64,000 nucleotides of DNA, taken from contig DASXQR010000192.1 of NCBI GenBank assembly GCA_036507075.1, positions 1-64,000 on the forward strand, given 5' to 3'. The notes below the pieces were generated by a model, which saw nothing but the letters and a program-made list of their open reading frames with translations, did no database searches and was not told the origin of the DNA. This document shows positions 18,535 to 29,600 of the stretch, in pieces. Each line of letters starts with the position of its first letter. Within the stretch, counting starts at the first letter, position 1. A program made the translations under genes and the position numbers. This stretch comes from Acidobacteriota bacterium. Lineage in GTDB: Bacteria; Acidobacteriota; UBA6911; JACQSX01.

Positions 18535-20457
18535 ATGCAGAACAGTGACTCCGGATCCAGGATCCGAATGCTCCTGGTGGAAGACGATCAGGTCGACCAG
18601 ATGGCCTTCCAGAGGGCCGTACGACTGGACGATCTTCCCTACAATTTTGTTGTTGCCGGCTCGGTCGCGCAGGCGACTGAAATCCTTGAACAGAGCGACT
18701 TTGATGTCATCGTGTGCGACTACTCTCTGGGGGACGGAACGGCATTTGATGTTCTGGAGGCGAGAAAGGAAGTTCCGGTCATCTTCATAACCGGGATCGG
18801 CGACGAGGAAGTTGCGGTCAAAGCGATGAAGAGCGGTGCATCCGACTATCTGGTCAAAGATCCGCAGGGCCACTATCTGAAGATTCTGCCGGTGACGGTG
18901 GAAGCAGTGATATGGCAGAAGACGGCCGAGGATCAGTTGCGCGCCACCAAGGAGCGGTACCGGCTGGTTGCAGACACCTCTTCCGATGTCATTATCACGA
19001 TCAACGAGCAAAGCCGGATTTTGTTTGCAAATGCGGCGGTTGAAAGAATCTTCGGGTTCCGAGTGACCGAAGTGATCGACCAGCCTGTCACCATGCTGAT
19101 TCCGGAAAGGCTACGCGCGGATTATTTGAATGCGCTTGCCGCCTTTCTGAGCACCGGCGGCGACCAGAAATCATGGGAGGCAGTAGAATTCCCGGGCTTG
19201 CATAAGGACGGGCATGAGATTCCCCTGGAAATATCCGTTGGCGAACTGGTGGAAGACGGCAAACATCTCTTCACCGGAATCATTCGCGACATTACCGAAC
19301 GAAAGCGCGTGGAGAAGGAGTTGAAGGAGGCACACCGTCGCAAGGACGAATTTCTCGCCATGTTGGCGCACGAACTTCGCAACCCGCTGGCGCCGCTGAG
19401 AAACGCGGCTGAAGTAATGCGGCTGCTTCCAAATGTTGATCCGAAACTGCAGTGGGCCGAAGAGGTCGTGGTGCGCCAGGTGCAGCACTTGACCCGGTTG
19501 GTAGACGATCTGTTGGATGTTTCTCGCATCACATCGGGTAAAATCGGGCTGCAGAAGGAAGAGCTGGAGCTGGAATCGGTCATGCTCCGGGCTGTGGAGA
19601 CCAGCCGGCCGCTGATAGACGCGCGCGGCCACGAATTAATCGTCTCTCTGCCGGCTGAACGGCTCCGCCTTTACGCCGATCCCACCAGGCTGTCGCAGTT
19701 GCTGGCAAATCTGCTGAATAATGCCGCCAAGTACACGGAAAGCGGAGGCCGGATCTGGTTCAGCGCGGAGAGGGCGGGTGGGGAGGCGGTAATCCGGGTG
19801 AAGGACACCGGAATTGGCATTCCAGGCGAAATGCTTCCGCGCGTCTTTGACCTGTTTGCGCAGGCTGACCGCTCGCTGGAGCGCTCCCAGGGGGGGCTTG
19901 GCATCGGTTTGACTCTGGTGCGAAGCCTGGTTGAAATGCACGGCGGCACGGTTCAGGCCAGCAGCGAAGGCCCGGGCAAAGGAAGCGAGTTCACTATCCG
20001 ACTGCCGGCGATGAAGCCGGTCAGAGAGGTCGAAGAGGCAAGCAACCAGCCGGCTCTATTTGCATCCATGTCAGGTATCACGCGACGCTTATTGGTAGTG
20101 GACGACAACGTTGATTCAGCCGAGAGCCTCGGAATGCTCCTCAGCCTGATTGGACATGACGTCAGGATTGCGCATAACGGGCTGGCAGCTCTAGAACTGT
20201 TTCGAACCTTCCAACCCGAGATCGCATTTCTCGACATCGGCCTGCCTGGAATGGACGGCTACGAACTGGCTCGCCGAATCCGGCAGGATGCAGCCACCGG
20301 TTCAATACAGCTTGTCGCTCTTACCGGATACGGCCAGGAAGAAGACCGTCGCCGCGCTCTGGAGGCCGGATTCAACCACCATCTTGTAAAGCCGGTCGAT
20401 CCGGCCGCACTCCAGAAATTTCTCACCGATGAACTGGCACGCGACGGCTGCGGCTAG
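18535..20457 (+). CDS. Hybrid histidine kinase (REC-PAS-HisKA-HATPase-REC)
   Basis: FLAMLAHELRNPL, NNAAKYT, GGLGIGL, two receiver domains. Confidence 0.95.
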   Translation: MQNSDSGSRIRMLLVEDDQVDQMAFQRAVRLDDLPYNFVVAGSVAQATEILEQSDFDVIVCDYSLGDGTAFDVLEARKEVPVIFITGIGDEEVAVKAMKSGASDYLVKDPQGHYLKILPVTVEAVIWQKTAEDQLRATKERYRLVADTSSDVIITINEQSRILFANAAVERIFGFRVTEVIDQPVTMLIPERLRADYLNALAAFLSTGGDQKSWEAVEFPGLHKDGHEIPLEISVGELVEDGKHLFTGIIRDITERKRVEKELKEAHRRKDEFLAMLAHELRNPLAPLRNAAEVMRLLPNVDPKLQWAEEVVVRQVQHLTRLVDDLLDVSRITSGKIGLQKEELELESVMLRAVETSRPLIDARGHELIVSLPAERLRLYADPTRLSQLLANLLNNAAKYTESGGRIWFSAERAGGEAVIRVKDTGIGIPGEMLPRVFDLFAQADRSLERSQGGLGIGLTLVRSLVEMHGGTVQASSEGPGKGSEFTIRLPAMKPVREVEEASNQPALFASMSGITRRLLVVDDNVDSAESLGMLLSLIGHDVRIAHNGLAALELFRTFQPEIAFLDIGLPGMDGYELARRIRQDAATGSIQLVALTGYGQEEDRRRALEAGFNHHLVKPVDPAALQKFLTDELARDGCG

Positions 20458-20479
20458 TCCGAAACATTCAAGAAAACTT

Positions 20480-20830
20480 AACCGCGAAGGCCGCCAAGAA
20501 CGCCAGGATAGCGCTCTTTGCGTAGCACCTTGGCGACTTCTTGTTTTTTCGACAAGATTTCAGAAGACAAGACCGATCACGTCAACGTCGACGTTTATCG
20601 TCTACGGCCACGTACGGCCACGTGCACGTCGATGTCCACGCGCACGTCCAAATGCTGCGTGACAGATTGGAGCCTAATCATTTTGGTCAACATTGACACG
20701 ATGCGTCCCAAACTGCGATTTTTCCTTCGTGAGCATGGACGTGGTCGTAGACGTCTGTCGTTGACGTGCACGTGGCCGCGCTCGGCTTTTGGTTGCGGCC
20801 TACGGCCGGGCTGTGGCCTCTGCGGTGAAA
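20480..20830. repeat. Hexamer (ACGT-core) inverted repeat element, copy 2, with 9-mer ends
   Basis: Colinear with 14752-15032 (GATTTCAGAA..CCGATCACGTCAACGTC, GTCCAAATGCTGC, TTCGTGAGC, TTTGGTTGC). Confidence 0.85.
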
Positions 20831-20849
20831 TTCTTTTAATGATCCGAGT

Positions 20850-22193
20850 CTACGCCAGCTTGTAAGGGGCCCGGTACTCGTAACGCAGGTACCGATTGGC
20901 CGCCTGGTTGTTCGTGAATTTCTCGGTTCTGGCGTCCCACTCCAGATAGGATCTGGTCTTGTGAGCGATATTCCCGATCAGAGTGGTTGACGTGCTGCGG
21001 TGCCCCGTTTCAATGTCGCAGTTACACGGTTTTCGGCTCTTGACACAATCCAGAAAATTTCGAGCATGGTATGCCGTATCTGCCGAACCCTGGGCCTTTC
21101 TCGGCTCGATCACCGGTTTCGAACCGCTGCGGTACGCCCGCTCCATCGCTCGATTCACCGGTGTGCGAGCGGTCAACTCATTCGGGCTCAGGCTGTCGGG
21201 AACAATTTCGTAGCCGTTTCCTCTGACGTAGAGAGTTCCTTTCGTTCCCCGAAATTCGATTTCAGGATCATTCAGCCCGCCGGGACCTGCATTGGTGTTG
21301 ATTTGAGTGAAGTTGACCAGAATGTTGCCCGGAAACATCCACAATACTTCCAACGTGTCGGGGATCTCGCGATTATCCTCGATTGCCGATTTGGCCCCCA
21401 TGGCAGTCACAGCCAGAGGCGCGTTTTGGCCCAGTGCCCACTGAATCATGTCCAGGTAATGCACGCCGAAGTTTGTGAGCTGGCCGCCCGAGTAGTCGTA
21501 AAACCAGCGAAAGCGATAAAACGTCCGGTTCCGGTTGTACCTGACCCTGGGAGCGGGACCCAACCAGGCATCCCAGTCAAAGCCGGTCGGGGGATCTTCG
21601 TCGGGAGGATTGCCGATTCCCCGCGGCCACTCGTTTTGGATATGAAACGCGCGCACTGCCGTGATTTTTCCCAAATCTCCCCGGCGCACAATTTCGGCAG
21701 CTTCCCTGCAGAAGGGCGACGAGCGGCGATGGATCCCGACCTGCGTGACGCGCTGGTTCCGGCTGGCCGCCTCGACCATCCTTCGCCCCTCGTAGACACA
21801 CAGCGAAAGCGGCTTTTCCACATAAACGTCCTTTCCCGCCTGGCAGGACTGAATCATCTGGAGCGCATGCCAGTGGTCCGGAGTGCAGATCACTACTGCA
21901 TCCACATCTTTCAACTCTAGAAGCTTTCGATAATCTTTGAACTGCCTGGGTGAGGTTCCGGCCTTCTTAGAAGCAAAATCCACGTAGGGCTGGTGGATAT
22001 CACACACCGCCACGACTTCAGCGTCCTGATGGGATAGAAAGGCGTCCAGAACCTGATCTCCCCGGTTACCCACACCGATAAAACCGAGACGAACGCGATC
22101 GTTGGCGTTCAGGATCCGCATGTTGCTGAATGCCGTGCTCAAGCCGGCAGCCGCAACCGCCTGGGTAAATCTTCGACGAGAATATCCGTTCAT
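20850..22193 (-). CDS. Gfo/Idh/MocA oxidoreductase with Tat-like signal
   Basis: SRRRF, GVGNRG, TPDHWH, VEKP, GVHYLD. Confidence 0.93.
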   Translation of the reverse strand: MNGYSRRRFTQAVAAAGLSTAFSNMRILNANDRVRLGFIGVGNRGDQVLDAFLSHQDAEVVAVCDIHQPYVDFASKKAGTSPRQFKDYRKLLELKDVDAVVICTPDHWHALQMIQSCQAGKDVYVEKPLSLCVYEGRRMVEAASRNQRVTQVGIHRRSSPFCREAAEIVRRGDLGKITAVRAFHIQNEWPRGIGNPPDEDPPTGFDWDAWLGPAPRVRYNRNRTFYRFRWFYDYSGGQLTNFGVHYLDMIQWALGQNAPLAVTAMGAKSAIEDNREIPDTLEVLWMFPGNILVNFTQINTNAGPGGLNDPEIEFRGTKGTLYVRGNGYEIVPDSLSPNELTARTPVNRAMERAYRSGSKPVIEPRKAQGSADTAYHARNFLDCVKSRKPCNCDIETGHRSTSTTLIGNIAHKTRSYLEWDARTEKFTNNQAANRYLRYEYRAPYKLA

Positions 22194-22216
22194 CTTCGTC
22201 CTCCTTAGCAGCGAAT

Positions 22217-22363
22217 TTTTTACCACCAAGGCACAAAGTCAGACGAGTGGCCGGGAGTGACCGGTCAGCTCGAGTAACACGCTCCCAAGGCCCCAGTCGT
22301 ATGGCTGACCGGACTCTCCCTGCCACTCGTCTCGCTTCATGCCTTTGTGCCTTGGTGGTAAAA
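22217..22363. repeat. Palindromic element, 27-bp-arm family, copy 2
   Basis: Arms 22241-22267 / 22306-22332 (3 mismatches) inside 9-mer ends. Confidence 0.9.
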
Positions 22364-22439
22364 GACTCTCACCCGAATAGTCACATCTTAACATGAGCCA
22401 ATGGATGAGAAATCTTTGGATATCTGATTTAATTACTGC

Positions 22440-24254
22440 ATGAAGACAAATCTCACCCCGGGCTTCCGATCCTTCCTGTGCTCACTGCTGGTGGCCTCGC
22501 TGATGCTGCTTTCCGTTCCCATCAGCCCCGCCACACCCAGAGATGAATATCGACTGATCCGCTCTGAGGATCTAAAGGAGTGGCTCACCTACATTGCCTC
22601 CGATGAATTGGAAGGCCGCAACACGTTCAGTGAAGGCTTGGCTCTGGCAGCCAATTACATCTCCGACGAGCTGAGGAGTTGGGGTGTCAGACCTGCCGGA
22701 GACAATGGGTCTTATTTTCAGCGCGTTCGCGTGCTGGGAGTCAAGAGCGCGAACCGGTCTTCGGTGACCGTGGAAGTGAATGGAAAATCCCGCACTTTCA
22801 AGGATGGCGCCGGAGTGACTTTCCCCGGGAATGTCGGCGGCAAACGCAGTTTCACGGCCGAGGAGGTGGAATTTGCAGGCTATGGCTTGAACGTTCCGCA
22901 GGTGAATCATAACGATTACGCCGGGCGGAATGTCAAAAACAAAGTGGTCATATGGCTTGGAGCGCGGGGTCCGAAAGCGGTTGATTCGGCACAGTACAGG
23001 CGGATTCTTTTCGCCCGATCGCGCTATGCGATCCAGCAGGAAGGCGCCGTTGCGACGATCGGACCGGTCGCCCAGCAGGGACCCCGAAACGCGGCAGGGC
23101 CGGAGCCGGCAGAGAATGATCCGCGCCGGGGAGATGCCCCCCCTGCGCCAACTCCCGCTCCCAGCTCGCCCGAACGTCCCGCGGCTGCTAATACGCCAGG
23201 AGGCCGTTCTTTCGGACGAGTGCCTCTGGAGACACCGGATTTCACCACGGTGCAGAGGCTTGACACACCCATGCCGCCCTCAGTTACAGCCGGAGATGAT
23301 TTCTTCAGCTTTCTGTTCAGCGGCTCGGACATCTCCTACGACACTCTCAAGGACAAAGCCGCAAAGCAGGAATCATTGCTCGCTTTTAGCCTCAAGAACG
23401 TGCGGTTGAAATTCGATCTGGATGCCGACTACCGCGTCGTTCGGACCCAGTTCACAAAAAACGTTGTGGGATTCGTGGAAGGATCGGACCCGCAGCTCAA
23501 GCAGACGTTCGTCGCGTTCGGCGCGCATTACGACCATGTCGGCTATGCGGAAGGCGAAATCCAGGAAACGCCACAGGGGCCGCGGCGCCAGGGCGCAGTG
23601 GGCAGGGTGACGGAAGGTCATCTGGAAGATCGAATCTGGAATGGCGCCGACGACGATGGCTCCGGAACAGTAGTGACGCTGGCCATGGCCAAGGCATTTG
23701 CGACCGGACCCAAACCGCGCAGGTCTTTGCTCTTTGTATGGCACACGGGTGAAGAGAAAGGCCTCTACGGCTCGCGCTACTTTGTCGATTATCCCACCGT
23801 CAACTTGAACCAGATTGTGGCCCAGATCAATATCGACATGGTGGGTCGAAACAGGGACAACCAGGCGTCGGAAGGCAATACCGTTTACCTGGTGGGAAGC
23901 GATCGCATCAGCACCGAGCTCCACAATATTGTTGTGGACGCAAACGCTTCGCTGCCTCAACCTTTGACATTAAATTACGAGATGAATGACCCGACCGAGC
24001 TGGAACAGGTCTATTACCGCAGCGACCATTACAGTTATGCGGCTAAAGGAATTCCGATTGTGTTTTTGACAACCGGGTTGCATCCCGACTATCACGCAAA
24101 CACCGACAGTGTGGAAAAAATCAATTTTGAAAAAATGACTCGCATCTCCCAGCTTGTTTATGAGACCGGCCGGCGCCTGGCAAATCTCAACCACGCGCCG
24201 GCCAGGGACAATCGTGGAGCGCGGGCAGGCCGCAACTTCAGCGGAAAACTCTAA
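22440..24254 (+). CDS. M28 family metallopeptidase, secreted
   Basis: GAHYDH, NGADDDGSG, GEEKGLYGS, NIDMVGR, RSDH, DYH. Confidence 0.93.
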   Translation: MKTNLTPGFRSFLCSLLVASLMLLSVPISPATPRDEYRLIRSEDLKEWLTYIASDELEGRNTFSEGLALAANYISDELRSWGVRPAGDNGSYFQRVRVLGVKSANRSSVTVEVNGKSRTFKDGAGVTFPGNVGGKRSFTAEEVEFAGYGLNVPQVNHNDYAGRNVKNKVVIWLGARGPKAVDSAQYRRILFARSRYAIQQEGAVATIGPVAQQGPRNAAGPEPAENDPRRGDAPPAPTPAPSSPERPAAANTPGGRSFGRVPLETPDFTTVQRLDTPMPPSVTAGDDFFSFLFSGSDISYDTLKDKAAKQESLLAFSLKNVRLKFDLDADYRVVRTQFTKNVVGFVEGSDPQLKQTFVAFGAHYDHVGYAEGEIQETPQGPRRQGAVGRVTEGHLEDRIWNGADDDGSGTVVTLAMAKAFATGPKPRRSLLFVWHTGEEKGLYGSRYFVDYPTVNLNQIVAQINIDMVGRNRDNQASEGNTVYLVGSDRISTELHNIVVDANASLPQPLTLNYEMNDPTELEQVYYRSDHYSYAAKGIPIVFLTTGLHPDYHANTDSVEKINFEKMTRISQLVYETGRRLANLNHAPARDNRGARAGRNFSGKL

Positions 24255-24285
24255 CCTAAATTGTCACAAACGCGCGGCCCTTTCA

Positions 24286-24434
24286 AATGCGGAATGATGA
24301 ATGCGGGATGCGGAATGCGGAATGATGAATGCGGAATGATGAATGCGGAATATGTATCCATTAATTACTTTTGAGCCTGACACTAAATCACTTTTTATTC
24401 CGCATTCCGCATTCCGCATTCATCATTCCCCATT
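24286..24434. repeat. Inverted 7-mer microsatellite pair between convergent genes
   Basis: (GCGGAAT / GATGAAT)n at 24286-24351 facing (ATTCCGC)n at 24397-24434. Confidence 0.9.
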
Positions 24435-24454
24435 CGATAGAATCTTGCCGAAAG

Positions 24455-25102
24455 CTAATATCTCTGTCGTTGCTGGCGCAGCAGATCGAACTTGGCGGTA
24501 TCGGCCACGGCCATGACCGCCATTACGCCCGCCTGGACGGGATCGGTGACGACCAGATCGGCGGCTTCTGGAACGCTTCCGGCCATGTTCAGCGAAATTA
24601 CGAATAGTCCCTTTTGCCGGACCTCCTCCACTGCCTTTGTGATTTCTCCTCCCATCAGCGACCCGGCCAGCACCAGCAATCGAACCCTTGGCAACCGAAG
24701 CACGGCGCGCACGGCGCTGGCCAGCTCTTTTTCTCCCACCAGTGGTATCGTGTCTACCGAGATTCTCTCTCCGCGGATATTATGCCGGTCTGCTTCCGAA
24801 ATCGCCCCCAGCGCCACCTGCCCCACCTGAGCTCCTCCCCCCATGATGATGATCCGCTTGCCGTAAATCTTGGAAAAAGGAGGCGCAACTTCCACTTCCC
24901 TTACGCCGGGGATCTGCTGCAGTTGAGCCGTGATTTCTTCGAGCGGCTTATTCAGTTCAAATTCAAAATAAACCTGCACGCTGTACGGGTGGTGGATCAG
25001 ATCAACATAGGTGATGTTTGCCTGATGATCTGCAAAGACTTTTGCCAGTTGATAAAGCGTCCCCGGCTGGTCCGCGACTGTGATGACAATGGCGTGTTGC
25101 AT
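24455..25102 (-). CDS. ACT-domain protein of the COG2150/DUF5612 type
   Basis: N-terminal ACT (DQPGTLY..ANI); GKRIIIMGGGAQV..EADRHNIRGERISVDTIPLVGE..LAGSLMGG signature. Confidence 0.85.
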   Translation of the reverse strand: MQHAIVITVADQPGTLYQLAKVFADHQANITYVDLIHHPYSVQVYFEFELNKPLEEITAQLQQIPGVREVEVAPPFSKIYGKRIIIMGGGAQVGQVALGAISEADRHNIRGERISVDTIPLVGEKELASAVRAVLRLPRVRLLVLAGSLMGGEITKAVEEVRQKGLFVISLNMAGSVPEAADLVVTDPVQAGVMAVMAVADTAKFDLLRQQRQRY

Positions 25103-25104
25103 GT

Positions 25105-25300
25105 GGAGTTTCTACGTTTGCGCGGAGAGACGGCCCGAGGGCCGTCTGAGGGAATGTCCCGGGATTGCCCTGCCGGCGACCTCGCCCGAGACGGCCCGAG
25201 GGCCGTCTCAGGAATGTCCCGGGATCGCCCTGCCGGCGACTTCGCCAGAGACGGCCGTCCGGGCGTCTCTCCACTCTCCTTCGCCGTCTGGCCGTCTCTC
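25105..25300. repeat. REP array with 60-61 bp period
   Basis: GAGACGGCCCGAGGGCCGTCT at 25127 and 25188, degenerate at 25248, with near-identical linkers. Confidence 0.85.
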
Positions 25301-25303
25301 CAT

Positions 25304-25852
25304 CTACTGGATCACCCCGCACGCGACACGCGCCCCGGAGTTCCCGGACGGCTGTGTCTTGAGATCGTCGACACCCTTGTGGACCACAACGCTGCGTCCC
25401 TTGACTGACCTCGGCCCCTCACTGACGGTGACAAAATCAACTGTGGTTTCGAAGTGAGCCTTCCCGCTGGAATCCGCCTGGATATTTCCGAAGTCACCGG
25501 CATGGTGTTCTGCGCTGGCGGGCCCACCATGCGGTTTGTTGTCGGGATTGAAATGTGCTCCGGCGCTGGCGGCATCCGGCGCGCTGCAGTCCGCTTTCTC
25601 ATGAATGTGAAAACCGTGCTGCCCCGGAGTCAATCCCGTCAGGTCTCCCACCACATGTACCCGACCGCCGGCTATTTCGTGGAAGGCGATGGTTCCGTTG
25701 ACGTTGTTTCCCTGCGTCGGCTTCAAATCAGCGCTGGCGCTCGGACGGCGGGCCGCCGCGCTGCTTGCGGTGGTTGATTGGGTACTGCGGCTGGCACATC
25801 CCAAAATAAAAAGTATCAACAGTACTCCTACCCCCAGAATTGCTCTCTTCAT
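25304..25852 (-). CDS. sodC: Cu/Zn superoxide dismutase, lipoprotein
   Basis: Lipobox ILGC; HGFHIHE, GAHFNP, HAGDFGNI, VVVH, GARVACG. Confidence 0.95.
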   Translation of the reverse strand: MKRAILGVGVLLILFILGCASRSTQSTTASSAAARRPSASADLKPTQGNNVNGTIAFHEIAGGRVHVVGDLTGLTPGQHGFHIHEKADCSAPDAASAGAHFNPDNKPHGGPASAEHHAGDFGNIQADSSGKAHFETTVDFVTVSEGPRSVKGRSVVVHKGVDDLKTQPSGNSGARVACGVIQ

Positions 25853-25874
25853 GGATTCCTCCTCAACTTAGGAT

Positions 25875-26276
25875 TCAGATCTTGACCGTTGTGCCCGGCT
25901 GTCCGGGGCTGAAGAGCCGCTCGGTGTCGCGCGAAAGCATCACCCACAAACTGTAAGCTCCTACCACCGTGCCGAAGGGAATATTCAGCAGATTCAGGAC
26001 GGATATCACGATGGTCAGCACGCGCGCCCATTGCCGGTGTTTCAGCAGGCCGACCCCGGCAATTATGCTTGGAACAGAAAGAGCAAGGATCAGAATAAAG
26101 AGGCCCACCCCAAATGCTCCCAGAATCGGAACGGCCATCGCCGCATCCTTTTCTCCCTGGAACCCCATAACGCCGGCGGCGCCGCCAAAGATCACCAGCA
26201 CGAAGATCGCGCCAATCACTCCAAAGATGCCCAATGCAATGTTGAACGCCGCAGCAAGTTTTACATGTGTTTCCAT
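25875..26276 (-). CDS. Small integral membrane protein
   Basis: 133 aa, 3-4 hydrophobic helices, AGGAG RBS. Confidence 0.8.
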   Translation of the reverse strand: METHVKLAAAFNIALGIFGVIGAIFVLVIFGGAAGVMGFQGEKDAAMAVPILGAFGVGLFILILALSVPSIIAGVGLLKHRQWARVLTIVISVLNLLNIPFGTVVGAYSLWVMLSRDTERLFSPGQPGTTVKI

Positions 26277-26336
26277 CTCTGCTCCTTGTCAGGCCCGGTG
26301 GCTGTCTTGTCCTGTGGAAATATACGCCAGGCTTAA

Positions 26337-26408
26337 GTCGATTGTCGAATGTCGATTGACGATTGACGATTGAAGATTGAGAAATTGAAGATTGGCGATT
26401 GACGAAAT
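26337..26408. repeat. 7-mer microsatellite, single arm
   Basis: GATTGAC/GATTGAA/GATTGTC tandem units. Confidence 0.8.
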
Positions 26409-26440
26409 GGAGAGCCGGAGGCGGCCACGTTTTGCTCAGA

Positions 26441-26609
26441 ACGCATAGAAACGCGATACATCGACGCATAGAGACGCGATAAATCGACGCATAGAGACGC
26501 GATAAATCGCGTCTGAGTTGGGCGCGATAAATCGCGCCCAGCGCCGCTTTGCGGCGCTCTGGACGCGACATGTCGCGTCCAACTCAGACGCGGCATGCCG
26601 CGTCTCTAC
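26441..26609. repeat. REP cluster: 23-bp unit x3 followed by stacked palindromes
   Basis: ACGCATAGAGACGCGATAAATCG at 26441, 26464, 26487; GGACGCGACATGTCGCGTCC; AGACGCGGCATGCCGCGTCTCTAC. Confidence 0.85.
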
Positions 26610-26694
26610 ATTCGAAAGCGATTTATCGAATCATCAGTCCGCAGTGTTATTATTGCTTGGGCATTGTCCGCCCCACTAGCCAACGGAGGCCAGC

Positions 26695-29600
26695 ATGAAA
26701 TACAGTCGCCCCTGCCTTTTGATTTTGTTCTCCGCTCTGTTGCTTGTGAATCCATCTGTTTACGCCCAGAGTGTCGGCGCCACACTGCAGGGGACAATCA
26801 CCGATCCCAGCGGCGCTGCGGTCCCGGGAGCGGTCGTAACGGTACGTAACATCAACACCGGCGCCATAAACGACGTTGAAAGCGATGCAAATGGACGCTA
26901 TCGATTGCCGTTGCTGCCACCTGGCAGTTACGAATTGCGCGCCTCCTCAATCGGATTTCAGCCCATAGTGCAGCGTGGTATTACGCTGGCCGTCGGCCAG
27001 GACGCGATCGTCAACATCTCCCTCAAACTGGGTGAAATGGCAAATGAAATCACCGTTGAAGCGAGAGTGTCGCAGATAAATCTGACATCGGCGGCGCTCA
27101 GCGGGCTGGTTGATGACAAGCAGATTCGGGACCTGCCGCTCAACGGACGCTCGTTTCAACAGCTCGCTCTGCTTCAGCCCGGCGTATCGGCCGCGCTGGC
27201 GGCAGGCAATGATGTCGTGGGAGGCCGCGCTCCGAAAATCTCGATCAATGGAGCGCGCCCGGAGCAGAACAATTTTCTGTTGGACGGAACGGACATTAAC
27301 AATGTCTACAACAAGACTCCGGGATCGGTCGCAGGCGTGCTTCTGGGAGTTGATTCGGTGTTGGAGTTTCAGGTCCTGACCAACGCCTATTCGGCTGAAT
27401 TCGGGCGCGCCGCCGGAGGTGTAATCAATGCCGTGACCCGGTCCGGTTCCAACCACTTTCACGGTTCCCTGTTTGAGTTCCATCGCAATTCGGCGCTGGA
27501 CGCGAAGAATTATTTTGATCCGGTTAATCAAACGATCCCCGCCTTCAAACGAAATCAGTTCGGGGGAACGCTGGGCGGCGCGATTCAAGCGGACAAAACT
27601 TTTTTCTTCGCGGCCTATGAAGGGTTGATCGAGCGTCTGGGAATCACAGGGGTAACGGCGGTTCCCGATGCCAATGCCCGCAAGGGAATTCTTCCCAACA
27701 GGACCGTCAAGCTTCATCCGGCCATACCCCGGTATCTGGAAACGCTTTTTCCGCTGCCGAACGGACAACCTCTGGGCGGAGGCGCGGCAGAGTATCTCTT
27801 CTCTCGATCACAGCCGACCAATGAACACTACCTGCAGGGACGAATCGATCATCGTTTTTCCGAAGTAGATTCGCTGTGGGGACGCTACACGTTTGACAAC
27901 GGCAACGTGGACCGGCAGCCTTTCAACAAACCTCCAATGGCTTTTACCAAGGAACGATCGCGCAATCAGTACTTCACTCTGGAACACCACCACACCGTTT
28001 CCGCCCAACTTCTGAACACGGCACGATTTGGATTCAGCCGCTCCACGCAGGAAGCGGACAACCAGCGCACTATCAGCATTCCACCGGAGCTTTCCTGGGT
28101 TCCGGGAGAAGCCTTCGGATATCTCACCATTGCAGGACTGGTAACGGAAATGGGCGGCGACTTCCGGCTCCCGCGGCTGGATCGTCTCAACAATTTCCAG
28201 TACGACGACACGATTTTTCTCACTCGTGGCCGGCACGGGATGAAGCTTGGATTTCAAGCGCAGCGGCTCCAATTCAACCAAGACACCGTGAGCCAGCGTG
28301 GAGGCATTGTAAACTTTGCCAATCTTGAAAGTTTTCTCCAAGGGATCGCCATCAGCGTGGATGTGGCCCTTCCCGGCCTGGTCGACCCGGTGCGCGGATA
28401 CCGCCAATCATTGTTTGCCTTCTACGCGCAGGACGATTTCAAATTCAGGCCCAACCTCACCTTCAATCTGGGGTTGCGTTATGAATTCGTCACCGTACCG
28501 ACGGAGGTCAACGGCAAGATCTCAAATCTCAGGAATGTGAGCGACTTGCGGGTGACAGTGGGTGATCCGTGGCATTCGAATCCATCATTGAAGAACTTTG
28601 CGCCGCGCGTTGGTATTGCGTGGGATCCTTTTGGCAGCGGGAAGACGTCGGTGCGGGCCGGTTTTGGAATTTTTTATGACGAAATCCTGCCCAAGTATTA
28701 CTTCTTCTCAGGGAGCTTGAACCCGCCGTTTACCACACGCACGTCAATTCCCAATCCCCCGTTCCCGAACATAACGGCGGATTTTGATCCCACCAAGCCG
28801 ATAAAGGCGCAGTTGCAGACGGTCAACTTTGATCTGCAAACGCCCTACATCATGCAGTACAACTTCAGCTTGCAGCGCGCGTTTCCGGGAGACGTGGATT
28901 TGACGGTGGCTTACGCCGGTTCGCGCGGCAATCACCTGCTCCGGCTGGGGGATGCGAATCTGGCTCCGGAGATCGTAATCAACGGGGTGAAAACTTATCA
29001 GCCGCTGCAGGGCCGGCGGAATCCCAATTTTACCGGCGTCTGGCAGCGCGTTACAGACGCCCAATCGTTTTATAACTCGCTGCAACTGGCCGCCGTCAAG
29101 CGCTCTTCTCATGGGCTTCGCGCGCAGGCTTCCTATACGTTCTCGCGGTCGGTGGATGACTCCAGCGGGATCAACTCACAGGATTTCGACAATTCCGTGC
29201 AGTATGCGATGGACTGGTACGATCGAACGCTCGATCGCGGGCTGTCCTCATTCCATGCAAAACACAATCTGACATTCAACTGGACCTACGATTGTCCTTT
29301 CGGCCGCTCGCTGACCGGAATTGGCGGCGCTTTGCTCAAGGGATGGCAGTTGAATAACATCACCGCGCTTCGGTCGGGAGTGCCTTTTACAGTGCGAATG
29401 GGATTTAACCGTTCGGGAAATCTCAACACCACCGGCTTTTCCATACACGAACGGCCTAATCTGAAATCGGGATTCTCAAACAGTCCGGTGCTGGGAGACC
29501 CGAACCGCTATTTTGATGTGAGCGCCTTTGAGCTTCCTCCGGTGAATCAGCGCGGCAATCTGGGTCGAAACACGCTGATCGGGCCGGGCCTGGTGAGCAT

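Noticed and set aside
20518..20865. Small ORFs inside repeat elements (also 25002-25322, 35679-36055, 56224-56454)
   Set aside because: Translations of 6-mer, 9-mer or REP repeats with no independent coding evidence.
25127..25300. Possible CRISPR array (palindromic repeat with about 60 bp period)
   Set aside because: Only 2-3 units, the linkers are near-identical rather than unique, and no cas genes are present; it is a REP tandem.
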